A DNA stretch of 63,109 nucleotides, filler included, from Octopus bimaculoides (GCF_001194135.2; 4 parts of 4 records of this genome joined end to end with filler, not necessarily neighbours in it), one strand, 5' to 3'; counted from the first letter of the whole stretch, positions 13,398-25,159 are shown. The notes: generated by a model from the letters alone, not told the origin. Made by a program: numbers and translations.

Positions 13398-13519
13398 AGA
13401 TGATTTAATTTATACAAGTAAAAAAAATACAAGACAATAAAAAAAAAGAAATATACTACTGTTTCTAATTTTTATTTTAAAATAAAATAAAAAAGATAAA
13501 AAGGCAATGCTGGTTAACT

Positions 13520-13930
13520 ACATTTTGCCTCCATCTTGTGAACCTTTCATTCTTCTCTAACAATTCACAACTACCATTACAAATATTTTATTTCTCATGC
13601 TTCATTCAGATTTTGGATTGTTTTCTCCAGAGTCTCTCTCTAAGTTATGAATTATTTCACTGATTTTCTTAAATAAGATTTCTATTCCTTAACCCAATTG
13701 TAGGGGAGTTTCTTTTTCACAATTTAAATAATATACTTCTGATTCTGCTAACTCCTTAAGGTCTTCGTAAGTGAAAATCTCATTATAACAGCTAAATATC
13801 ACCTGCATCAACTTCTGAATATCCTACACCATGTGCCATATGTACCTGGTTATTATTGATTGAGACTACTTCATTTTCTTTGCTATGGTCTTCCTTAATT
13901 ACATTAGGATGCAATTTTTTCCAAACTCAA
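13520..13930 (-). mobile_element. Decayed pogo/Tigger-like transposase C-terminal fragment
   Basis: The minus strand gives GVGYSEVDAGDI...NEIFTYEDLKELAES across frameshifts, resembling the Tigger C-terminal region. Confidence 0.45.
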
Positions 13931-14012
13931 TGAGATATGTATGTAAGCATCTTTACCATATTTTCAGACACACAAGTTGACTCAGTATTTAGTATAAACG
14001 AATTATGTAAAC

Positions 14013-14266
14013 CAGTGGTCCTAAACCATGTTTTATTTGTGGACCCTATTTTGTTTCCTATTTTATTTAGATGGACCCAATTGATGTTTAAAAAGTCCTA
14101 TCATATTTTTATAGCTAAATATTATTAGGAATTGTATTAAAAAAAATTATTAAAATATGTTATGTATTATAGAAGTGTAACCAAAAATATTTTGTGTATT
14201 GTAAAAGTGTAGCACATGAATTTCAACAACAAAATCTTATATGGACTCCACCACTGAGAACCATTG
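14013..14266. mobile_element. hAT MITE (same family as 4643-5227)
   Basis: Ends CAGTGGTCCTAAACC / GAGAACCATTG; TSD ATGTAAAC / GTGTAAAC. Confidence 0.8.
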
Positions 14267-15059
14267 GTGTAAACATTTAAACACCATTGCTATCTTTATA
14301 AATTATGCTGCACTTCACATGGAAATTTTTATTCTGCAAAGTTGTCTTCGTGTATAACTCAGCCTGTCTCTTTTGGTTGTAAATACTTTTTACTGCTTGC
14401 ATTATGTAATTTTCAAGAATTCTTTGATGGACTGATATTTTTATATCAGTAGTTGCTATAATCACTTGATTTAAACTTTGGAGTGGTTTCCCCGGTCTTT
14501 CTTAACAGAATTAATCAAGCTAAAAGTTCTTTTCTTTCCCATTATACTTCTAACTTTACTTATCATGATATATTTCTCTGGCTAGTTATATGTTATTTTT
14601 CATGTCTTTGGATAATTCCTCACTTCCAGTTATCATTTTAAGTTGTCAATATTATCAGTATTTACCAGGCAGCAAACTGGCAGACTTGTTAGCAGCATTT
14701 TGGCATTTTTGTATTCTTATGTTCCGAATTCAAGTTCCACTGAGGTCAGTTTTGCCTTTTTTTCCTCCTGGGGTCTATGAAGTATGTACTAATTGAACAC
14801 TGTGGTCAATATAATCAATTTATCTCATCCCTTGAAATGACTGGCCTTGTGCTAAAATTTGAAACCATTATTATTCGTATTTATTCCGTCAAACTTTTTA
14901 TATCTTGAAGTCATCTTGATTTGGCAATTGTTGGTGAAAGTTCTGCTTTGCTGAGGAGATCAGATCAGACTGAAATATGTCCAAAGTTTATCACTGTACT
15001 TGCATCAAAATAAACCCCACTCCCTACTACCTGTCCATAATAAATTCATGTCAAATGTG

Positions 15060-15390
15060 TCATTAAATAATTTCTCTATATCATTCTTGCTCTCTTCTTC
15101 TCTCATTTTCTCTGTCCTTCTCCCATTTTTGCTCTCTCCTTCTCTCATTTTCTGTCTCTCCTTCTCTCGTTTTCTCTTTCTCCTTTTCTCATTTTCTCTC
15201 TCTCCTTTTCTCATTTTCTCTCTCTCCTTTTATCATTTCCTCTCTCTCCTTTTCTCGTTTTCTCTCTCTCCTTTTCTCGTTTTCTCTCTCTCCTTTTCTC
15301 ATTTCCCCTCTCTCCTTTTCGCGTTTTCTCTCACTCCTTTTCTATCTCTCTCCTTTTGTTCTCTCTTTCTCTCTCTCTCTTTATATATAA
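15060..15390. repeat. Polypyrimidine low-complexity tract
   Basis: Imperfect repeats of TTTTCTCATTTTCTCTCTCTCC. Confidence 0.85.
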
Positions 15391-15875
15391 CTGTGTGTGT
15401 GTGTTTTATTTATACATTCTCCCTTTTAGTTTGGTTTTTAGTGTAGTTTTTGTTCTAGATGTTTAGGATCCTTCCATTATCTGATATGGGACTTTGTCAA
15501 ATGAAATCGTTTCCAGCATCTCTGACTTTTATATTCAAGTTTATAAAAAACTTACATTTTAATTGGATCTAGATCAAGGTTTTAGTTTGCTATTAGTGCT
15601 GGTTCATAAGAAACTTGGTAATTTACAGGAGATATTGGGTTTGGTATTAGCTAACAGTTATATTATGGTGGATTTGTAACATATATTATACTTCAAAGTT
15701 TATTTACAATTTTCAAGATATTTCATCTAGAAAACTGCAAACCTTGCTTGTAGATTAAATAACTTGCAAGTTGCAAATAATATGAAATATACAATAACAC
15801 ATTTGCCCTTCAAGCATTTTCAACATTCTTTTGATTTGCAGCGCCTTAACTCTTTGACTAAAGATATCTGTACTG

Positions 15876-15915
<40 letters not shown>

Positions 15916-15964
15916 ACGTGCATGTAAATCAACATGTGATGACAAAAGAATTGACATGTAGAGT

Positions 15965-16386
15965 TTACTCTTTTACTCTTTTACTTGTTTCAGTCATTTG
16001 ACTGCGACCATGCTGGAGCACCACCTTTTAGTCGAGCAAATCGACCCTGGGACTTATTCTTTGTAAGCCCAGCACTTATTCTATCGGTCTCTTTTTGCCA
16101 AACCGCTAAGTGATGGGGACATAAACACACCAGCATCGGTTGTCAAGCAATGCTAGGGGGACAAACACAGACACACACACACACACACACACACATGCAC
16201 ACATACACACACACACATATATATAAACATATATACGACAAGCTTCTTTCAGTTTCCGCCTACCAAATCCACTCACAAGGCTTTGGTCGGCCCGAGGCTA
16301 TAGTAAAGACACTTGCCCAAGATGCCACGCAGTGGGACTGAACCCGGAACCATGTGGTTGGTAAGCAAGCTACTTACCACACAGCC
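15965..16386 (-). mobile_element. SINE family A, near full length and young
   Basis: tRNA-like head GGCTGTGTGGTAAG...GGTTCCGGGTTCAGTCCC, internal (CA)/(TA) tract, and (GTAAAAGA)n tail; reverse complement of 42073-42457. Confidence 0.9.
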
Positions 16387-16389
16387 AGG

Positions 16390-17720
16390 ATCTTCACATC
16401 ACCACTTCTCAGAGTTTCCAATTTCTATTCACTTTGTTGCAAGCTTGAGTTCCATGCTCCATGCCGATCCCAACCCCACTCTGCACTTATGGCACAAACT
16501 AAATGGCACAATTCTAAATCTGCTTGATAATTTAATTTTCTATCCTCCATAGTCTCCAATCCAGTTTAGACCCACACATTGCCTCATACAATCACACAAA
16601 TCATACATCCTATTTTTCTTTAAGGTACAAATCTCCCAACTATTATCCATAGTTCATTTGTGTCATCTATTCTTCACACTTTACTCGAACTTTACTCTGA
16701 AAATTAATGCCATTACCTTATACCTCCAAATATATTTGCTTCCTCTATTACTCTTAAGGCCCCTCTAACCATTAACAAATCTTCAACCATGATCTCTCCC
16801 TTCTCTGAGGATATCTAGTTCACTTCATCCCTCTCTAAAATGATGACTTCAGTATTCAAAGTTTTTGATTCTCACACTTTCCCCATACTGATGCCACCAA
16901 CACACAAAGATAAACTTTTTTATAATCCTAAACCCTCTATGTGAATTAGTTTCATCCTCTCCATGCACTTCTATCTGATATATAGACACTCCAAAGGTTT
17001 TCGCACCTCCAGTCTTCACCTTTATCAATCACCATTTTTCTGCATCTATCTGGTTGTTAGGCCACTGTTATCCCAACTACTCACAACACAACCACAAGAT
17101 GTTCAACACCTCGCAGACTCTAGGACACTTCAAACCAGCTGACCAGTTGGCAGTTCTGCTAGTTCTATACTATCTCTGACAGTACATGTCCTCCATCTTT
17201 TACTTATAAGAAACAGCTTGGCAGATGATAGAAATTATCCTCTTATGCTTGTCTTTCCATATACTACACACATTATAAACTCAGACCATAGACAATCAAG
17301 CCTCCTAACTGGTTCATTCATATCTATACTATAACAGTTCAGGCAAAAATACAGCATACAATACATGAAGAAAATCGCACATACTATCAAATTAGATGGC
17401 TCTTACCCAGCACTGCAAATCCTGCAAAATCATCATCCAAACTGTGAATGTCATCTCTATTCATCAAGCTCTCCCATCTCCCAAACTGCAGCCATTCATT
17501 TTAGTCCTTTGCCAAAAGGATCTTTGCCAACATTGTGGAATCATTCTCTTCTCTGCATCGTATCCACAATTGATTTGTGGCTAGTGCCTGTATCCCCAAA
17601 GAAAGCTTCCACATTCACTGTCCACTTTACATTCAAATCCACACTTCATACTGTAGTTAAGTCTCCTCTGCTCACTTTAATTTCATTCACATTCATGACT
17701 GTGCACTCATATATGTCAAG
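16390..17720 (+). mobile_element. Highly decayed CR1/L2-group LINE fragment
   Basis: Scattered remnants such as TLWNHSL, reminiscent of the CR1 C-terminal SFFPRT.LWNSLP motif; many stops. Confidence 0.45.
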
Positions 17721-18059
17721 TGTGGAACTACCTGTGGTCACTTCAGACCAATAAGGCTTTAATGATATCTTTTCTCATCCACTTACAGTATCCACTTACA
17801 GATTGGATTTGCAGAAAATAAGTAAGATGGTCTCTTTCTTTCCTTGAAAAGCTCCAGCTTTCGCAGACCATTACTTAAAGCATCTAGTAGCACAACCAAG
17901 TGCACTAATAATTAGTGATACAAATGGATATATAACAGAAGTTTACCATAACTGTTCTCTTTCTCACTGATTTTAAATGAAATTTTCTCATCTATTAGGC
18001 AACTGACCCTGAGAAAAGTACATTGTTTTGTTTTTCTGTTACAGACAACTGTATCAGAG

Positions 18060-19110
18060 CCGTTATGTTTGTATTATGTGTGTATTTGGTAGAAATTTTG
18101 ATGATTCTTTGTGTTGGAATGTATGAATGTATTCACTATCAGAAATATTGTTTATATTTGTCCCAGAGAAATATTTTCTACAAATAATGTTGTATATTGT
18201 TTTACTAAAAACTTGATGTCGCACAGGAAGGTGATATCTTGATAACATTTTAGGACAACTGCTGTTCACATGTATATTTTCCGCTTTCATGCAACACACT
18301 TGATGTTCTCATTTATATCTTGGAGGTTTAAGGACTTTGCAGTATCTTTTGTTTAGCAGATATTTTGTAGCCATCACCGACTCTTAGATTGCAACAGTAT
18401 ATCCTTTGAAGTGGGATTTGTGTAATAATTATGCATCCAAGAATATCGACATCATTCTCAAGTTTATGGAAAACGGCCATGCATAATCTTTTATTGGTAT
18501 ACTGAATGTTTCATTCAACAGTTTTTGGGTCAAGTGGAACGTTATCAAAAACCCAGTCTTTTTCTCAATAAGGAAGGTGTTGTTCTCTTAACTTTTGAGT
18601 GAAGGTATGTGTTTTTGCTGCTGTTATTTAGCTGTTACTGCAAATACTATATGAGTGATAGTGTACAAATGCTGTATGAACTAATCTCAAGTCTCGTCCA
18701 CCACTGTTTCTTCTGAGATAAAATTAATAAATAACGCTATTTTTGTGGAAGCTTATAAACTTCAGGATTTTGTGGGTTTTAATAAACTGAAGCAGATTTT
18801 CTTCTCTATTCCATTGAAGTATCCTTAATGTTGGTATCGGTACTAATACTGCAAATGTACAGTGAGTTATTGTTTTGTTGTAAGAGAAAAACTGTGACTG
18901 CCATATATTTTAAATTTCATATAAAATTTTCTGACCACTTATCTTTGTTCACAGCATCATTATATGATATATTTTCATCAATACAAAGATATTTGCAGCT
19001 CTCTTTCTGTGGAATAGCAGAGATAGAAAATCTGTGGGTGTTGATGCTTTATATTTGGAAGATGGGTTTTCCCACGTTCAACAATCAACTATGAACAGTT
19101 TATTTTGCCA
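18060..19110 (-). mobile_element. R4/Dong-like (RLE-type) non-LTR retrotransposon fragment
   Basis: Minus strand: ESCKYLCIDENISY, CTFAVLVPIPTL, FYLRRNSGGRDL, and ENIHVNSSCPKMLSRYHLPVRHQV (CCHC knuckle region); many stops and frameshifts. Confidence 0.75.
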
Positions 19111-20360
19111 AATTCTATCGCTATATCAGCTGAAAATGTTATTAAATCCAGCTGTTTCTTAGTGTATATCTGAAGATGATCATCAAAGATATATAAATAT
19201 ATATATATATATCTTTATATACATGTGTGTGTGTATGTGTGTGATGCACACACACACACACATACTTGTATACTTGTAGGAAAATAACATAATACACCAG
19301 AGATCATTCAACCTAGTTAACAAAATAGAATCACATTAAGACTATAAGAATATGATGGGGCATATGCAAGTCTGAGAACTGAATACTCACAATTTTGATT
19401 AACTGAATCACTGTCACATTCCATGCAACAACCCAGTCTGATTAATACAGTGTTCAATCAGGTTGTGTGTGTGTGTAGATTTGATGTTACAAATCTATAA
19501 GTCGTGTATGTGTATGTTTGTGTGTCTTTGTCTCTGTGTTTGTCCCCCACCCCACTGCTTGACAATCACTGTTGGTGTGTTTACGACCTGTAACTTAGCA
19601 ATTCGGCAAAAGATACTGATAGACTAAAGATCAGGCTTAAAATAAAAATTAGTATCGGGGTCGATTTGTTTCACTAAAATTCTGTAAGTTGGTACTCCAG
19701 CATGGCCACGCTGAAGTGTGGCATCATGAATAATGGCTAAGGAGTGAAGGATGACCAATGATGCATGAGATGGTGGAGGTAAAAGAAGTAAAAGATAATT
19801 GGTAGCAGAGAAAAGTGGAAGAGTGCAGCAGAATAGTAATAAAGGTATGGTAGACAGCAGAAAGAAGAGAGAGAGAGAAAGAAGACGTGGTTGAGTAGAT
19901 TGCAAGAACAGGGAGAGCAGGCATAGTGCATAAGGTGAGTGAACAATGTATGGTAGTGGAGGAGGAAAGATAATTTATTAACTCTGTGGTTGAATGTGTA
20001 TGCCTCTTAATTAGCAAAAAAGCTACAAAAGTGACTTCAGGCTCGAATGTTTTAAGCATGGCATTTATCACATTTTTCTACCAATTAACACGCAATCCAT
20101 GCCACCAGAACATCTTCAATATTGCTAAAGCAAACCTACCAATCATTGTTCAAAGTAAGGAATTAAGAGACATCATTACAGACCAAACTATAACTCTCAG
20201 TAAAAGACAGCCTAAACCTTGGAAAAGTTATTAACAAAGGCAAGGTTTGACCTTAGCAACAAAGACCAACCTTTCACTGTGTCTAAATGCAATGATAGCT
20301 GATGCAGTACATGACAATTAATTCATACAGGTCCATATATGAACTCAAAAATGGGGAAAA

Positions 20361-21211
20361 GGATCTTTTTTAAAACGGGGGCCACATTTTTCATTAATGT
20401 TTTACGTAGTGTTTTTGGTACCGAAAGACTTTCAAACTTCGTATACTTATCTATCTTGTGTTATAGAACAGAAAAATATTTTTGTATTCGAATTTATTTC
20501 ATGTAAAAAATTGTCTTATTTCGATAATTTCAACCAATCACTGACAAGTATTCAGTTGTTTACATTTACTCCTTTGGATGATTAAGCGATGTAAAGCGTA
20601 TTTAATCTCCATACCTTCGTTTTATTTGCTTTTTTCATTTTAAATTTGCTTTAACCCTAACCCTAACCCTAACCCTAGGGTTAGGGTTAGGGTTAGGATT
20701 AATTGTTTCAGAATCGTTTGTTTATGTAATCGGCTGAATGGACGTCAGTGATTGGTTGAAATTACAGAAATACGACAACNNNNNNNNNNGTAAAAAATTG
20801 TCTTATTTCGATAATTTCAACCAATCACTGACAAGTATTCAGTTGTTTACATTTACTCCTTTGGATGATTAAGCGATGTAAAGCGTATTTAATCTCCATA
20901 CCTTCGTTTTATTTGCTTTTTTCATTTTAAATTTGCTTTAACCCTAACCCTAACCCTAACCCTAGGGTTAGGGTTAGGGTTAGGATTAATTGTTTCAGAA
21001 TCGTTTGTTTATGTAATCGGCTGAATGGACGTCAGTGATTGGTTGAAATTACAGAAATACGACAACTTTAACATGGAATAATTTATGGATTTCTTTTTTT
21101 TTTTAAGAAGACTAAGAGAAAAAGATGTTTTATATGACACATTCTACCAGTGTTCTAAGTTTCAAAGTGTTTCGTTAATGAAAAATGTGGCCCCCGTTTT
21201 AAAAAAGATCC
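20361..21211. mobile_element. Foldback MITE with 37-bp perfect TIR and 8-bp TSD (Mutator- or Merlin-like; true length about 564 bp)
   Basis: TIR GGATCTTTTTTAAAACGGGGGCCACATTTTTCATTAA at both ends; TSD GGGGAAAA at 20353-20360 and 21212-21219. 20503-20779 is duplicated at 20790-21066 across a 10-N gap. Confidence 0.9.
20652..20697. repeat. Interstitial telomeric-repeat palindrome (TAACCC)4-TA-GGG(TTAGGG)2TTAGG
   Basis: Read directly; second, probably artefactual, copy at 20939-20984. Confidence 0.95.
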
Positions 21212-21768
21212 GGGGAAAATATTCACAAACACAAATATGAACTGCAAAAGGAGAAATTTAATCTACTGCATCAGATACCCAAATTGTGAAGAACTGTATG
21301 TTGGCCAGACAGGCAATGCACCATCAGAACGATCATGTGTGCACCGACAACAAATTAGAAATCCAGAAATCTGCCAAATACCGCTGAGTAACCACCTAGC
21401 AACATGTAGCAGGAAAATATTTATAATATTTCCATTTCATAAACTATACAATCCGAATGAAATCGAGAGAAAACTTAGAGAAAAGGACTTTATTAATAAA
21501 TTCAAACCCAAGCTTAATAAACAATATTATTTAAGGTTTAAAAGTCTTAGCCCCATATCTAAAAAATTAAAATCTCTAAAAAGAACTGCTGTCATCATTT
21601 CTAAAATAAACACTTAAAAATGGTATGGCATCATTTCTTAATATAGCCAAGCAACTACTACTTCTATCCACAGGAATGTATATAAAGGACAAAATTTAAC
21701 CAGTCAACCACAGTTGAAACCAATGAATACAACTGTCACCACCACCGTATGAACCTGAAGATTGCATA

Positions 21769-21965
21769 AATATATATGTATATATATATGTATATATATG
21801 TGTGTTTGTATATATATATGTGTGTATATATATATGTGTATATGTATATATATATGTATATGTGTATATATGTATATGTGTATATGTATGTATATGTATA
21901 TATGTATATGTATATGTGTATATGTATATATGTATATGTGTATATGTATATATATGTGTATATGT

Positions 21966-21999
<34 letters not shown>

Positions 22000-22001
22000 A
22001 T
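21769..22001. repeat. Compound (TA)/(TATG)/(TGTA) microsatellite
   Basis: Read directly; source of several spurious YIYI/HTHT ORFs. Confidence 0.95.
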
Positions 22002-22088
22002 GGGAGAATATACAAATAACAACAGACGAGGACAGGTGGTGTAAATAACAAAAGTATATATTAGTATGACGCTCGGGAATACGGAAAG

Positions 22089-22125
22089 TCTTTGAGGTTT
22101 CGAGCTACGCTCTTCAACAGAAAGA
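22089..22125 (-). ncRNA. Degenerate minimal type I hammerhead-ribozyme-like motif, probably a Penelope terminal repeat remnant
   Basis: Minus strand: TCTTT-CTGTTGA-A-GAGC gta GCTC-GAAA-CC-TC-AAAGA. Stem I is 5 bp and stem II is 4 bp; deviations are A6U in the core and a non-palindromic stem III (ACCT). Confidence 0.55.
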
Positions 22126-22164
22126 ATACGGAGACAAGGAGAAAAACACGGAGAAAAGAAATTG

Positions 22165-22264
22165 NNNNNNNNNNNNNNNNNNNNNNNNNNNNNNNNNNNN
22201 NNNNNNNNTTAATTAATTAANNNNNNNNNNNNNNNNNNNNNNNNNNNNNNNNNNNNNNNNNNNN
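22165..22264. other. Artificial scaffold-join spacer
   Basis: 44 N + TTAATTAATTAA (stops in all six frames, 22209-22220) + 44 N. Confidence 0.95.
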
Positions 22265-22366
22265 ATATTACAAGATTAATGTAATATAAAGCTGAAGCAA
22301 ATTAACACCAAATATACAGTGCGTGTGTTTTTATTGGCTAAACTGGCAATATGACCATCCCCAAGT

Positions 22367-22407
<41 letters not shown>

Positions 22408-22780
22408 GGCTGGGGTAAAAATCATTTGCCCGAGGTGCCATGCAGTGGGACCACACCCGGAATCATGTGGTTGGGAAGAAAACTTCTTACCATACGGCCA
22501 TACTTCATAAACAGGGGAGAATGAGTGAGAAAGAGAGTGGGGAGCAACATTAAAATGTCTGATGTCAAAAAGTCAGCGTCAAATCAACGACGCCAAATAA
22601 TTTATGCCAAAACAGCTGCGACCGAACGACCCTTCCATACAGCTATCGACTTATATTTTCAATAGAACATTATGGCATCAATCGCTCCAGTTTCATTCCT
22701 AAGACGATCTACAAAAAAATGTGGACACTGTTCTTTCTTTCAAACCAAACTAATAATAATGCTTTTGCTATTGTTATAGC

Positions 22781-22875
22781 CGTCGTCGTCGTTGTTGTTG
22801 TTGTTGTTGTTCTTCTTCTTCTTCTTCTTCTTCTTCTTCTTCTTCTTCTTCTTCTTCTTCTTCTTCTTCTTCTTC
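22781..22875. repeat. Compound (GTC)/(GTT)/(CTT) trinucleotide microsatellite
   Basis: Read directly. Confidence 0.95.
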
Positions 22876-23595
22876 GTCTTCTCCTTCAAAGAAACGTTTA
22901 ATAGACATTTTCCACTGAAAATAATAAAAGCTTAACATCATAAAAAAAAAACCCTGGTTAACTTCAAGAAATTCTTCACATTCTAATGAAATGTTTATTG
23001 TTATTTCATGCATTTCGAGGCCCTGTAACCATCACTNNNNNNNNNNNNNNNNNNNNNNNNNNNNNNNNNNNNNNNNNNNNNNNNNNNNNNNNNNNNNNNN
23101 NNNNNNNNNNNNNNNNNNNNNNNNNNNNNNNNNNNNNNNNNNNNNNNNNNNNNNNNNNNNNNNNNNNNNNNNNNNNNNNNNNNNNNNNNNNNNNNNNNNN
23201 NNNNNNNNNNNNNNNNNNNNNNNNNNNNNNNNNNNNNNNNNNNNNNNNNNNNNNNNNNNNNNNNNNNNNNNNNNNNNNNNNNNNNNNNNNNNNNNNNNNN
23301 NNNNNNNNNNNNNNNNNNNNNNNNNNNNNNNNNNNNNNNNNNNNNNNNNNNNNNNNNNNNNNNNNNNNNNNNNNNNNNNNNNNNNNNNNNNNNNNNNNNN
23401 NNNNNNNNNNNNNNNNNNNNNNNNNNNNNNNNNNNNNNNNNNNNNNNNNNNNNNNNNNNNNNNNNNNNNNNNNNNNNNNNNNNNNNNNNNNNNNNNNNNN
23501 NNNNNNNNNNNNNNNNNNNNNNNNNNNNNNNNNNNNNNNNNNNNNNNNNNNNNNNNNNNNNNNTTCCACCACAACTTTCTCTCACTCTTACTTCC

Positions 23596-23790
23596 TGTTT
23601 CTGTTGTGCCTGTAATTCAAAGGGTCAGCCTTGTCACACTGTGTCACGCTGAATATCTCCAAGAATTACGTTAAGGGTACACATATCTGTGGAGTGCTCA
23701 GCCACTTGCACGTTAATTTCATGAGCAGGCTGTTCCGTTGGTCGGATCAACTGGAACCCTCGACGTCGTAAGCAACGGAGTGCCAACAAC
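23596..23790 (+). mobile_element. SINE family B 3' part
   Basis: TCAAAGGGTCAGCCTTGTCACAC...GGATCAACTGGAACCCTCG, homologous to 4858-5000; the head lies in the gap. Confidence 0.8.
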
Positions 23791-23871
23791 AACGTGGTAA
23801 ATATTGGAGATTTAACTGCATCTTGGTGGATGTAATCGACTCTGAGTCATATATAAGCTGTTAGTCTAAAG

Positions 23872-24532
23872 CAGGGCTTCCCTATTTTTTGTGTTTGCTT
23901 TTCCTTTTTTTTTTACTTATGGACCCCTATTACAATTTTATTCTGGTGGACCCCCATAGCCAATACATGTTTAAAAACTAGTTTTATAGATACTTCTTTC
24001 AAAATCCCTGTTTTGTTTTTCACCCATTCACTTGTGTAGGTTTATAATAGCACTCTCTGAGAAAACATGTTTCAGTGGCTGCAAATATGTTGAACGGTGT
24101 TTGTGGAGGCGCATGGCGTAGTGGTTAGTGTGTTGAACTCATGAGCGTAAAGTTGTAGTTTCGATTCCGAGACCGGGCGATGGGTTGTGTTCTTCAACAA
24201 AACATTTCATTTTGCATTGCTCCATTTCACTCAGTTGGTAAAAATGAATAATCCTGCAACAGACCAGCGTTCCATCCAGGGGCGAATATATTAATGCCTG
24301 AAAAGCCAGAAAACCGGCCCTATACTCCTTGCGGAGTAATGAAGACTGACCATGTTAAGTGTTAGAAGAAATCTAGCTGTTTTTTGTAATAAATACATCA
24401 AAAGCAAACTTTTTTCATTGAGCCCTAAAACACTACCGTGTAAATGCCCCAGTTTACTGTTTTCTTTGTGTGAAACCCCAAAAGTCTCATATGGACTCCA
24501 AAGGATCATGTGGACCCGGTTTTGAATCACTG
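23872..24532. mobile_element. Diverged hAT MITE with a nested SINE
   Basis: Internal GGACCCC motifs and ends CAGGGCTTCCC / GAATCACTG resemble the 4643 family; TSD not recognisable. Confidence 0.5.
24105..24330 (+). mobile_element. tRNA-derived SINE, family B variant
   Basis: GGAGGCGCATGGCGTAGTGGTTAG...TTTCGATTCC head plus CORE-like centre; homologous to 51447-51690. Confidence 0.85.
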
Positions 24533-25159
24533 AAACTTCAATAGATATCGTAGACAATCCACAAAGTCTGGTACACGTTCGTTTTTACAAGAATTTTTGA
24601 AGGTACCATGTATTACCGTTTTATTTCTTGAAATTTTCAGTTAACATAGTTTAATTCTTGTTCAACATCTTAACCAAAGTAAATAGACGACTCATCTACG
24701 TACTTTGATCTTAACATGGGGTCCCCTCAACCGCAGAGGGATCCTGCGACCGCAGGGGCTACAGGGGCTTAGCGACGGCCCTGATCCATAGGTAAAAAAT
24801 GGTTGCGAACTACTGACGTAGAGGTTACCTCGTTTTAGAAAAATGTTTGTAAATTTACCAAATCTTCCAAGAGTACACGGCCTTGAGCAGCAGCAGCAGC
24901 AGCAATAAGAAAGCACAGATTTACAGGTTACTCATTCGAGACGATTAAACTGGAGTCATACCAATGGCCAATATTTTCGCATTAATTAATTGCTAATCCC
25001 AATAGCTTATCATATTTAATATATTCCAATTGGAAACATATGTCAAAATGCTGTTCTGTGCAAATTTGGTGACAAATAATTATTTTAACAACTAAAGAAC
25101 TCCAACACACAACGATAGAGAGGCATGGGAACTTTTAAAGTTTAAAACAAAACACTTTC

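Larger units (their letters stand above)
20080..21768 (+). mobile_element. Penelope-like element 3' part (linker, GIY-YIG endonuclease, start of terminal repeat), split by a MITE
   Basis: NIFNIAKANLPII...SKRQPK before the MITE; NCKRRNLIYCIRYPNCEELYVGQTG...REKDFINKFKPKLN after it (ORF 21237-21617). Ends GAACCTGAAGATTGCATA, as in the 60410-60780 copy. Confidence 0.85.

Noticed and set aside
15455-15560. Plus-strand exon-like stretch ILPLSDMGLCQMKSFPASL
   Set aside because: Weak donor, and the minus strand reads ISFDKVPYQ, resembling the LINE RT motif AFDKVPH; probably an old LINE remnant.
19165-19200. CTGAAGATGATCATC as another hammerhead
   Set aside because: No GAAA at the required position; the rest is TA microsatellite.
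20652-20697. Ancient telomere-telomere fusion site
   Set aside because: Orientation is opposite to a fusion scar, and the repeat lies inside a TIR/TSD-bounded element.
20790-21066. Apparent 277-bp tandem duplication giving two telomeric palindromes
   Set aside because: Identical copies flank a 10-N gap, the typical signature of unmerged overlapping contigs.
21696-22051. His/Tyr/Ile-rich ORFs (also 32612, 33695, 47113, 57232, 58857)
   Set aside because: Translations of dinucleotide and tetranucleotide microsatellites.
22774-23013. Poly-Glu/Gln ORF, and poly-Leu ORFs at 22719 and 25184
   Set aside because: Trinucleotide microsatellites with no flanking coding signal.
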